A stretch of 64,000 bases of DNA from Octopus bimaculoides (Eukaryota), in the NCBI RefSeq assembly GCF_001194135.2, contig NC_068999.1, positions 6,873,102 to 6,937,101 of the forward strand, read 5' to 3'. The number at the start of each line of letters is the position of its first letter. Positions within the stretch are counted from its first letter, which is position 1. Below, piece by piece: positions 46,543 through 57,100 of this stretch. The notes under the pieces were generated by a model. That model saw only the letters and a program-made list of their open reading frames with translations, did not search any database and had not been told where the DNA came from. The translations under genes and the position numbers were made by a program.

Positions 46543-47420
46543 CACACACACAGAGAAAAAAGCATTAGGACCATGTAACCCATGCTAGCATGAAAGCCTA
46601 TGAGTACAATGTGAAATAATGGTTTCAAATTTTGCCACAAGGGCAGCAATTTTGGGGGAGGGGACGAGTCGATTACATTGACCCACCCCCCTCCCCAGTG
46701 TTCAACTGGTACTTATTTTATCGACCCCGAAAGGATGAAAGGCAAAGTCGACCGCGGCGGAATTTGAACTCTGAACGTGAAGACGGGCGAAATGTCGCTC
46801 AGCAGTATTGCCCAGCGTGCTAACGATTCTGCCATCTCGCCGCCTTTACAATGTGAGATAATGATGTTGCTATATAAACATATACATGAACACACACACA
46901 TTATGTAAATATATATATTATATACCCGCACATACATATATGCATACACACATATATATATACACGTTGTACACACACATATATATATATATATATACAC
47001 GCACGAAAATACATACATATAGATATGTATACAATTGTGCGCGCGCTCTGCATTTTTACAGTGGAATCGTTTTTTTGAAATGAGAGGAAGTTGGGGTGGG
47101 TGGAAAAAAGTGAGATTTTGTTTGATCTTGTCTCCTAAACCTTGCATGAACAAGAAAGTGAAACGAAATTGGATGTTGTGGTGTTCATGCCTGCTTTTCA
47201 ACGGGAACCAGCAACGCATATGGAGAGAGAAACCGGCTTGGAAATATGCGAGGTTATTAAACGAAACGAACGTTTATCAACCAGGATTGCCGGGTCGGGG
47301 GTAGAAGACATGCAACTGCTCTTAGACAAAATAACAACAATAATAATGGTCTCTAATTTAGAAACCAGCAATTTTGAGGGAAGGGAGTCAGTCGATATCA
47401 CCGACCAGTATAAGACTGGT

Positions 47421-47456
<36 letters not shown>

Positions 47457-49163
47457 CTTCTTTCTACTAGAAGGCACAAGGCCTGAAAATTTCGGGGAAG
47501 AGGCCAGTCGATATTATCAATCAGTGTGCGTGACTGGTACTTAGTATGATCGACCCTGAAAGATTAAGTGCTAAGTTGAAATGTGAGATTCGAACTCAGA
47601 ACAAAAAGAAATATAGCAAAGCAATGTTTCCCTCGACGACGCTCTTAAACGATTTTCTACCAGTCAAGCCCACCTCAATATTACTAACAATCATTTTAAA
47701 CCAGGCACAATGTATATATCATGTATGAAGAAAATGCACTATCGAATCGGGTCCTTGTATCCGTTGCTGGCAATTTACTTCATCGATGTGAAATAAATGT
47801 CAAAAAGCCGAAAATAATTGTGATAATGATTCCTAAAAGAGACAGATACATTCTGAGAGCAGCGGTGGAAATGTCAGTCAAAGTAATTAGACAAACCGTA
47901 TTTAGTTGGTACTTTTACTTTAATCAATCCCAGAAGGACGAAAGATATACACAGCCAACCTCGGCGAGATTCGAATTTAATAATTAATAACGATGGTAAT
48001 GATTTGTTATATTTGCCACAAGGGCCCAATATACCGAGGACGATATCAAAGGATAAGATGCAAGACGCGAAAAGATGGGTTCATGTCGATCAAAGGGAGA
48101 CATTGCAACTATAAGATAACAAAATGATATAAAAATAGGATTAAGTAAACTACATAATTAGTAAATAGGATCCCCAAAAGGCGGGATCATCCACCTAGAG
48201 TAGGTAATTCGGGGTGAAAACCTCGCACAAGAAAGAATACCGGATTATTCTGCCATCTCCAAGGCATGGGAAGTGCCATCTTTCCTCCTACTTAATAATC
48301 CTTTCTAATATAAGCACAAGGCCTGGAATTCGTGGGGAGGAGGACAGTCGATGGCATCAACCCCAGTAATTAACTGGTTTTTAATTTATTAATCCCGAAA
48401 GGATGAAAGGCAAGGTCGACCTCAATGGAATTTGAACTGAGAACATAGCGGTAGATGAAATACCGCTAAGCATTTCGTCCGTTTGCGGTTTAAGGCACAA
48501 GGCCTGCAATTTTGAAGGGAGGCGATCTGTCTCCAGTATATCGGCTTCAGGTACCTCACTTACCTTCATTACATTATCCCAAAGAAGAAATGAAAAGCGA
48601 AGTATATCTCAGCAGGGTTTGATCTCAGAACATAAAAGGACCAGAAAAAAAAAGAGAAAGAGAGAGATAGAGCAATTGCCAGGCATTTTCCGACGCTTCA
48701 ACGATTCTGCCAACTAAATAATAATAATCATGATGAAAATGATGATGATGACTTTGTTTCTGAAATTTAAGGGAAAGGGATAAGTCTATTGCATAGACCT
48801 AGTGCATGAATGATACTTTATTCTATCGACCCTTGAAATGCAAAGCTGGCCCCGGCAAGATTCCGCCAGCGAAATCCTAATAATAGTAATAATAATAACA
48901 GTTTCTAATTTAGGCATAAAACTCGCGGTTTTAAAGGGAGGTGGTTTAGTCGATACCATCAATCCCCCACCACCACCACCACTAGTATTTGGTTGGTACA
49001 TTTTGTGGGCTCCCGAGGGACGATGAACGAAGCTGACCTCGGTGGGATTCGAACCCAGATCGTTCTGATAAAGCTTTAAATATGTAATGAAAAGGTGAAA
49101 AAATAAAGGAAATCTTGAAGTGAAAGCGGTTCACAATATATTCGGGAAATAGCTGAGGTATAA

Positions 49164-49202
<39 letters not shown>

Positions 49203-49721
49203 CAAATAAACAAGCATCATGATTGAGGGGGATAGAGGAAAAAAAAGGTATGAAATGTGTAACTGAGGACATATTAAGGAATGCAGATGAAAAATAAAAG
49301 GCTTTAGAAAGGGGAAATCGAACAAAGGAGCACCAATAATTTATTAGGGATCGAAATATAGAATTGTAAACATGCGAGTCTCAAAGACTCTTATGTGCCG
49401 GTATAATAATAATAATGAAGGGGATGAGGAAGAGGACTAAACAGAATGAAAGAGAAAGAGTTGCCAGAGAAATTAGAAAGACAAAGAGGTAGAAAGAGAG
49501 GGACGGGAGAAAGACTAGTAGTAGTGAGTAAGTAGGAGGAAGGGGAGGGCGCTCTTTTTCTGCCATATTGAAAAACTAGCAAATGTTGGTTTATCCTTCG
49601 ATCAAAGACATTGAGATTGTGTATTTCTGAGAAATGCTTACCTTCCGTAAATGCTATCAGTTATTTTGCTGCGCTTCACCGGGCGCCGCAGTTTGCCACT
49701 CTCGGCATTCCGTCTCTTCAT
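5020..49721 (-). CDS. MACO1: Macoilin gene, 5' part: join(49721..49642, 5161..5020), 74 codons; continues off the left end of the window
   Basis: Hand-spliced translation [27 protein letters not shown]|[47 protein letters not shown] matches the recalled human macoilin N-terminus ([59 protein letters not shown]). Splice sites are GT-AG and the phase-2 junction rebuilds AGT (Ser). Confidence 0.95.
5500..5793 (+). mobile_element. (GAT)n-tailed retroposon 3' fragment (family C), inverted relative to 4437-4656
   Basis: ...ccaacccatgccagcatggaaagcggacgttaaacgatgatgacgatg. Confidence 0.85.
14050..14568 (+). mobile_element. tRNA-derived SINE (family B, CAA tail)
   Basis: A-box TCGCCCAGTGG, B-box GGTTTCGATTCC. 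The 3' part (gtctgtggagtgctcagccacttgcacg...gacggagtgcca) recurs at 1143-1351, 2153-2408, 19960-20194, 61672-61950 and 63015-63310. Confidence 0.85.
21178..21430. repeat. Compound (GA)n/(GATA)n microsatellite, one of dozens of (TA)n, (TG)n, (GA)n, (TAA)n and (CAT)n tracts in the window
   Basis: Direct reading; other examples at 14935-15030, 25871-25918, 29170-29410 and 33351-33396. Confidence 0.95.
22053..22439. mobile_element. piggyBac-like MITE (TTAA-CCCTTTAGCATT ... AATGCTAATGGG-TTAA) carrying a nested retroposon insertion
   Basis: TTAA at both ends and CCC/GGG termini; related copies near 12570-12900, 26870-27045, 41938-42159, 42590-42800, 55300-55400 and 57290-57460. Confidence 0.7.
30783..30930. 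repeat. Long inverted repeat: 57-bp arms, 34-nt spacer
   Basis: Arms 30783-30839 and 30874-30930 with 4 mismatches; the inner 32 bp are perfect (TAGAACTCAGAGTTTCAAATACCGGAGCTAAG). Confidence 0.95.
35359..36602 (+). mobile_element. CR1/L2-group LINE ORF2 fragment (APE endonuclease C-terminal half, linker and start of RT), frameshifted
   Basis: CTIYRPPN...[14 protein letters not shown] (APE GDFN motif), [55 protein letters not shown]. It stops just before the expected YRPISL of the RT domain. Confidence 0.88.
37845..38100. repeat. AT-only minisatellite (units around tatatacataatataatatatatatat) ending in (AG)n
   Basis: Direct reading. Confidence 0.8.
39908..40296 (+). mobile_element. Full-length tRNA-derived octopus SINE (family A)
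   Basis: A-box-like TAGCTGTGTGG, B-box-like GGTACAGTCCC, internal (TA)/(TG) tract. Many partial copies, e.g. 130-470, 758-915, 1365-1515, 4660-4850, 13611-13750, 19147-19490, 27430-27765, 54965-55185, 60645-60830. Confidence 0.85.
41938..42159. mobile_element. piggyBac-like MITE, same family, opposite orientation
   Basis: TTAA|CCCTTTAACATT ... GAAGGG|TTAA. Confidence 0.7.
42240..44200 (-). mobile_element. Fragmented, degenerate RTE-clade LINE ORF remnant, interrupted by other repeats
   Basis: Minus-strand peptides [11 protein letters not shown] and [32 protein letters not shown] (RT N-terminus, 43730-43950), and [20 protein letters not shown]...ILKKTKMM (YADD region, 42390-42535); multiple stops and frameshifts. 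Confidence 0.7.
44395..44530. repeat. ~24-bp minisatellite (gttatacatacatgtgcacataca)n
   Basis: About 5-6 degenerate tandem units. Confidence 0.75.
44571..45571 (+). mobile_element. Degenerate mariner-type DNA transposon
   Basis: HTH-like [24 protein letters not shown]; frameshifted NPDLAPSDFH (YSPDLAPSDFHLF motif) near 45270; KVAVKKWV...SFKEG tail; degenerate TIRs gttgtcctgaaaa / ttttgggacaaactg. Confidence 0.7.
45590..46464 (+). mobile_element. Internally deleted Tc1/mariner element of the maT (DD37D) type
   Basis: TA flanks at 45588-89 and 46465-66. TIRs CAGGGTGCGATGGGTAAATTGT / reverse complement CAGGGTGTGGTGAATAAATTGT. Peptides [30 protein letters not shown]...WPPNSPDCKPLN and [20 protein letters not shown]. 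The spacing is 37 residues after removing one extra C. Confidence 0.85.
46621..46846 (-). mobile_element. tRNA-derived SINE (family D)
   Basis: Minus-strand head GGCGGCGAGATGGCAGAATCG...GAGTTCAAATTCC. Copies near 8680-8800, 9125-9335, 9410-9625, 11035-11250, 22450-22650, 25010-25150 and 47350-49060. Confidence 0.8.
49642..49721 (-). CDS. MACO1: Macoilin coding exon 1 (80 nt)
   Basis: ATG at 49721-49719; [26 protein letters not shown] plus 2 nt; donor AG|GTAAGC at 49641. Confidence 0.95.
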
Positions 49722-50324
49722 ATTCCAATACGAACCGATGTTTTCTCTCCTTTCTTTCAAGCGAGCTAGCTTAGAAATGACAAAATAACAACACTGTGTA
49801 TGCGTATGTGTACGTGTGTGTGTGTGTGTGTGTGTGTGCCTGCCTATGTATGTATATGTGTGTGTTCTAGCGTGTGTGTGTGCGTACTTATTGTAATTGC
49901 TTGTTTTTGTTGTTGTTATTTGTCTCTTCAGTTTTTTTTTTTTAATTTGTTAAAATCGTAAATCCTCACATTAAACTCTCAACTAATTTTCCACAAATAA
50001 AAATCAAGAATTACGTTAAAAGATAAAACAAAAAACACAAGAAACAAGACAAAAATATATTCCAACGAGACTTGTACGAGATCCTGCCGCGCGTTAGTTT
50101 GACGTAAAAACAACCATTCTCAACAGCGTCTATTACAATACGGAAAGTTCCGTAAACCCAGCATTCACTACGTCAATTTACGTACATTTCCGTATCCCGT
50201 TTCGTTAAAGATCGTTACTTTCCGTAGTTGCTTCAAGAATATTCCGTATAAATTGCATTTCACCCATCTTTTCTCTTTCTCTCTCCGAAATTCTTCAGCT
50301 CTTCGCAATTATTTCCCTCACACC
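49722..50324. promoter_or_regulatory. Bidirectional promoter and 5' UTR region shared by macoilin and CCT8
   Basis: Divergent ATGs 603 nt apart; CpG-retaining sequence; CRE-like TGACGTAA (50100) and TACGTCAA (50169); five TTCCGTA/TACGGAA motifs; 20-nt pyrimidine tract 50267-50286. TSS positions are not determined. Confidence 0.75.
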
Positions 50325-50384
50325 ATGGCACTACACGTACCAAAAGCACCCGGCTTCTCTTCTATGTTAAAAGAGGGTGCAAGG
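50325..50384 (+). CDS. CCT8: CCT8 exon 1 (60 nt)
   Basis: caccATG; MALHVPKAPGFSSMLKEGAR; donor GTAAGT. Confidence 0.97.
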
Positions 50385-51075
50385 GTAAGTTAACGAGTTA
50401 TTTTCGAGGATTTCACTTTAAAATTTAACACAAAAACTTGAAAGACCATGTGAGCAGTCATTAATTAAATTCCAATTAATGGTGCTTGTCTTGTTTATTT
50501 CCTCAGTTTCTTCATTGTTATAATTAATTCTGAACACAATTTTACTCTATGATGTTGCCTCAATTACTTAAAAACATATTTTTACAATAAATTACCACAT
50601 AAGACCTTAATTAATTAAATAAAAACCGCTTTCTTCCTCTCCCAATGGCCGGGGCGTGATGATAAATACCGCTTTTATAATTAATATCTAAACCATGCGG
50701 CCTCTTATTCCCTGTTACTATTAGAATTTCTACCTATTTTTATTTACTACATTTATAGATATGTGTTTTAAATTTTTATAATAATGTCATCTGTTGATTG
50801 CATGTTCTTGATTTTGCATGCTGTGTCATCTAAGCGGGTCATAAAGTTACCCATTGATGGAAATTATGAAGGCACCACATGGCATATTACATCTCATATC
50901 CATGCTTAACGACTGAACCCCATTTATTAAAAAGACTTTATTTTAAATTTTGTATTCTAACAACGGTACAGCATCTCAGTATATTGTTTAATGTCATCAT
51001 CATTTACTCTGGTTCTCCCTTCCCCGCCATTTTGCCCTCTTCTTTTTATTTTATTTCGTAACGTTCGCTGACATG

Positions 51076-51114
<39 letters not shown>

Positions 51115-54100
51115 CACATATAAAATCAAGGGTTCTTTTCGATCAGTCATGAGCAAACAGCGGCTCGTCTGATTAATGAGGCTCGCTTCTTGAAAAAGGT
51201 TCCCCCATGCCGGTCCTAGATAGTCTCTTGTCCTGTCCTGCCAGAAATACCAGCCACATCACATCCCACCTTGTCATACACTAAAAAAAAAAAAAAAAAA
51301 ACATGACACCTTGGATGTTTTAGTTCTAGATAAGGTACTATTCAAGAAGAGTGGTCCCGGTGCGCGCTCTCGCGAATAGTACCCTAGATAATTAGGACGT
51401 GATGGTTACGGATGGAACTCTTTTTATAGTGGGTCTGTTCGATCAGGGTTACCCTGATAAACTGGCTAAACAAAAGAAAAAGACCGGCGATATTCTTGGT
51501 TATTTTTCACATGAATTTTACCGGGATCAATAAAATGAAGTACCCTTAATATACTGCCGATTATTAAATTTTCTGAAGTCACCGCACCCTTATCTTATAA
51601 AATAAGTTATGCTATTTCCGAGGGAAAAGCCATCGCCTCGGTTCTGGCATTTTCTTGCCTGTAATGAAAGTAATTTCGAAAAATGCAGCAATTTTTATGC
51701 CAAATATCTCGAAAATGGCTTATAAGATCACCAGTGTTGAGTTATACTAACAGTGGTTACTAATAATTGCTCAAGTTCTTGTATTTCGTCTACTATTTGC
51801 ACGTGGTTAGTTTTTGACGATACCTAACCGGTTCAGCTCGTCCGTCTTTGGGAGATATGGTTGCCTGTACTATTTCCCCCACTTGTATGAATGAATAACC
51901 GCCTGATTTATTCAAAGTTACAGGACTTATAATATTGACCATAGGGTTTTTGAGTTGCTGCGGAGATTGTTTTTGTGTTGTTGTTGAAAGTAAATTAAAG
52001 TAGTTGGCGTAAGGAAGGGTTTCTAGACCTGCTTATGCTATTTAATAAATGGGCAAGAAAACGGCGTTAATTTGTCTTTATAAAAGCAATGAATGGTTAT
52101 ATTTAAGCATTTAATTACCTGCTCGCAATTGTAGCAGTTTTCCCTCAAATGATACGTCACCATCTTGAAAAAAAGGTTTAATCGGATAACGTTGTGGAAG
52201 AGACAATCTCCAGACACTTAGAAGGGGATGGTTTTTTAAATTTTATTTATTCATTTCTTCCGTTCTAAGATTGATGTTGACATGTCTCCAAAAGACCTTG
52301 TCAATTAGAAACCATCTGAGCCTTTCCAAGTCATAGCACCTACATTGTTGTAGTCATCACCATGATTGTCCAAGTAAACTACCTGGCATTGAAATCGTCT
52401 ATGATAGAACTGATAGAAAGCTCTTCAACTTCACAGACTAAGGAAACGGCCACATTAGTGCAAATTTGTAGTGAAGCCGACAGTCATCCTTTAGGTATTT
52501 GATGAAATGCATTTCTATTTTGGACTGAACGTCAATCCTAAGCTATCATGTATTGACCTTCAAGTACTTTCATTCACAATAGATGGAGAGGCTTTCAGAA
52601 GTGTTGACCACTTTCCATATTTCTCTTCTAATGCTGACATTGATGGCAAGATTCAGTACAAACTTGACTGTGTTTGAGCAGCCTTTGGATGCTTACTGGT
52701 AAGAGTCTTCAAGAACTGAGGTCAAGGCTGATTTGGGCTAAAACAGCAAGAAACATGTGCAAAAGATTCAAATTAAATAACCAAACAACAAAATTTTGCA
52801 AAGTTGTGGTGCAATCTCAATATCAAAATGAACATCTAAATTTAATAAGAAAGTCCTTTCCAGTTTATGCAAGTAAGGAATGAATGAAAGAAAGCAAAAT
52901 GGTTATCACATATTCTATTTTTCAGTTTTACATGCTAGTTCTCTATAGCAGCACTCCGAAGTCTTTGTCCTCTGTTGATTTTTACAAATAAGCTTTTATA
53001 CAAGTTAAATAAAGACCATTTGTCCTGTTCAGCTCCCTTACAGGGTTACTTGACATTTGTAGATTGTTTAAAAACTGCTACTGTTACTTTTTTTTAAAAA
53101 GAAAAAGACACTGACAACATTTGATGAACAAGCATGATTCAGTGAGACAGTTGTTCAACTTTTCTATTGTGTCTGGGGAGAGTCCTCTTTTAATGCCTTA
53201 TCTAACACACTGATTCGATTTCTACTTGTTTACTCGATTTTTTTTCAAAAATTTTTGTTGTGTCTTGAAACCTCTTCAATAGTCGTCCACGTGTCTACCT
53301 ATCTATAAACTAGGCTGAGATATACCATATTTAGAGCGATGAAGTACTTTTTAGGTGTGATTAGTTTTGTAGGAGCAAGCCAGTTGCTGGGGGAAAAAAA
53401 TCAATGAATTTTAGCTGTTTGATCTATAATACCATAGGGTTTAATTTCTCTGTACATTTTTAGATGTTCAAAATAAATATAACGTTTTTGTTTTTTCAGA
53501 GTTATTAGTTTTTCTTTCCTGTTCATTAATAATCTGGAAATTAATTTGCATTTAATTTTATTTTAACAGCATTATATGGGCCTTGAAGAAGCTATCTACA
53601 GAAATATTGATGCTTGTAAAGAGATAGCGAAAACAACAAGATCTGCTTATGGTCCTCATGGTAAGGTGTCATACAATTTTCCTATGCTTTGAAAAGAACT
53701 GGCCAACTTGAATGGTAGACCTAATTGTCTTTCTGGTCAGCATAACCATCTAGCTTTTTGGTACACAGTATTGGGGGCATTTGTGTTGATTATTTACTCT
53801 CTGGATAACTTTGTCATCCATTCTTGAAGGCTTTGGGGTTCATAGGTATTGCCTTTCTTTCTGTGATAAAATTGTCCTTACACAGTATTATTTTGTAGTG
53901 TTTGGCGTTAGGAAGGGCATCCAGCTGTAGAAACTCTGCCAAATCAGATTGGAGCCTGGTGTAGCCATATGGTTTCACCAGTCCTCAGTCAAATCGTCCA
54001 ACCCATGCTAGCATGGAAAGCGGACGTCAAACGATGATGATGATGTTTCTGTAATCTTTGATTTGCCTGTTGCAGAGTTCCTAAAATGACAGGTTTGTGC

Positions 54101-57100
54101 TATATGGGGAGGCGGTAGCAAGTCAGTGATAGTTATGACTGTTGATATGAAACTAATACTGGTCTATGTGTGCGTGGTTGTGTATGCACTGAGACATGTA
54201 CAGAATGTCATGGTGAGGATTGTAGTATGGAATTTTATGATAGTCATGGTAATATGCTTAGTCCAACCCATTACCAGCATGGAAAAACCAGATGTCAAAA
54301 TAAATATGAGGTATCATTGTCAGAAACATGATATATAATCAGAAACTGTAATTGATTTAAGAGAAATTTCGTGACTAAAGCTTTTTTAAAATATGCAAAA
54401 GGAGCTTTGATTACAGCCATCTGCCTTAAATTCATCCTTCTGAACATTACTGATGAATACCTGATATTGGGGAATTCCCTTTTGCTATCATGAGGCTTTT
54501 TTGGAGCTGGATTTTTTTATAGGGAGCATGCCCTTGCTTACCCCGACCTCGGTTTCCAGGCACGAATGGTCCCGAGACCAAGGCTTCTATCATGATTTTT
54601 AAGAAATGTGGTGGTTAACTAACTCTGGAACGCAGGGACGTTCCTCCCTGAGACCTTTCGGAGCCTTCTACCTAATTGAGATCAGATTTTGTTGGTTCTT
54701 GACGAAAGAGAAAAAAATAAGCATTTGAATTTCAAATTATATTAATATTTGACATTTTGCATATTTATTAGCTTTTCCTCTTTAAAAATTTTTTTTTTTT
54801 TTTTTACTTTTGCAGGTCAGAATAAAATGATCATTAACCACATTGAGAAACTATTTGTCACCAATGATGCTGCTACAATTCTTAATGAGCTATCTGTAAG
54901 TTGTAGAACAATGTTTGAAATTAATATTCTTAAATGCCTAATGAAATTAGTGCAGAAGGCCTTATGAGTGTATTTGGTAGATGGAAACTGAAAAAAGCCT
55001 GTTATGTGTGTCTGTTTGTCCTCCCATCATCGCTTGACAACCTATATTGGTGTGTTTATGTCCCTGTAACTTAGCGGTTAGGCAAAAGGGACTGATAGAA
55101 TAAGTATGGAGATCTATTTGACTGAAGGCAGTGCTCCAGCATGGCTGTGGATAAATGACTGAAACAAGTAAAAGAATAAAGAATAAATTCCTAATAATAT
55201 TTAACTGTTTATTAGGGTCCAGTAGAGTAAAATAGAAATCATAAGGGGTCTACAGGCAAAAAATAGTTGGAAACCACTGATTAATTCTTTCTTTTATTTT
55301 TAGAATAGCATTGTAGGGTAGGTGTGAGAGGCCAGTCTGAACATCAAACAGGTAGAATATTTGGACTGGATGTGACCAAGTTAAATGCTAAGGAGTTAAC
55401 CTGTGCTTTTAATAATTGAAAAGTTAACTCCCTTCGTGGATTGAGATTGATCGCTGAAAACACTGTCTTTAAAAGAAATGCTGTAACTAATGGTAACCTG
55501 AAAAGTGTGGATATCTATTTCCAAGTTAGCTGGATTTAGAGGCAAGTTGTATGGTTTGCTTAGACTGATATCAATAAATTATTGATCTTACTGCTCTAGA
55601 CCAGTGTTTCGGATGTGGCGTACTGGCAGATTTTTTTTTTCTCCAATGTACCAGGGACTGGTAATATTTCTTAGTAATATTAATTTATAGCGGAAATAAT
55701 ATATATAATGAATATAATAAAAGTTGATATTTTTTTTAATCTCAATTTATTTTGTAAACAAATACAGTATTACATAAACATTTTATAATGTTTGTTTCTT
55801 TTCTGGAAACTCACTGCGGACCACCACTTTGAGTAGCACTGGTCTAGACTATATCACCTTACGCAGTTGGCTGTATTCAGTTTGAAATCTGTCCATGTTT
55901 TACAGTGATATTTTGTATCTTTCATTTTCTTCCTTTCAGGTTCAACACCCAGCTGCCAAGATGCTGGTGATGGCTAGTCAGCAACAAGAACAAGAATGTG
56001 GTGATGGTACAAATGCTGTTCTGATTCTGGCTGGTTCCTTCCTGGAACACGCTGAAGAACTACTTCGCATGGTAAGCTCTGCGTGAACATTTCTTTCAGC
56101 AGATACATCATATTCTTGGGTATATAAGGCACACCCCAATTTCCACAGACCTAATCTACAAAAAAGTAAAGAAAACTGCAACTAACCCTGAATCCCCTAA
56201 CTAAATGTTTGGTACACTTTTGTGTATAGGAACCATGGAAATTTAGACTGATAACTCTTTGGTAAGCTATTTATAGTAGGCTACGTTTCACTATATACCT
56301 TCACACTACCAAATATCATGACCGACCAAGTCTAGCCAAAACCTGACCTTCAGCATATAAGGCACAGGGTAACTTTTGGGGGTAATGTTTTGGATAAAAG
56401 TGCACCTTGTATGCCAGAAAATATGACAAAATCTCATTCCACTATATTGTGTGTGTGTTTGTTTTTTGTTTTTATTCTCCAGATTAATAGGTTTATCTTT
56501 CTCCATGTAATTTGAAGAGGCATATCTGAAGCCATGATGCTTCTTCACTGACTACGTAGCCACACAGTTTAGGGTCCCCCCCCCCCTTGTATTGTCATTG
56601 TTTTATCCTTGAGCGAGGTGCATAGCTTCATACTTAGTTTGCTTGCATGTGCTACTACTCCGTCCTTGTATAAGTAATCATTTATGTATGTATGTATAGA
56701 GTTTCCTTAATTAGTTTCCAATCTCTTCTTTTTGTAGGGTTTGTCTGTACCTGAAGTAATTGAGGGCTATGAGATTGCTTATGCTAAAGCTGTAGAATAC
56801 TTACCAGGTATGGCTTACTATCTTGTTGCTTTTCCTTGCTTTTACAACTTTTATCTGATGTAATGACTTGTAGCAAAAGCTTCCCATTTATTTTCATTAA
56901 AAAGAGAAAGAAAGAAATTAAGCATTTTATTTTACAAAACTGAGGGTTTTTTTTCATAAACTACATACTGAAGGTTTGTTTGCATTGCCGGTTGTAATTT
57001 CGATCTGTTATCTTTTAGTAAATCTTACATTATTTTTTTTATTTTTTCCTTTTTCAGATCTTGTTGTTGGGCAAGTTAAAGATCTAAGAAACAGAGAAGA

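Noticed and set aside
47142-47453. 103-aa plus-strand ORF ([14 protein letters not shown]...)
   Set aside because: No recognisable family, runs into a SINE and (TA)n, and is antisense within macoilin intron 1
50656-50730. GTGATGA box-C-like motif in CCT8 intron 1
   Set aside because: No box D at a suitable distance and no terminal stem
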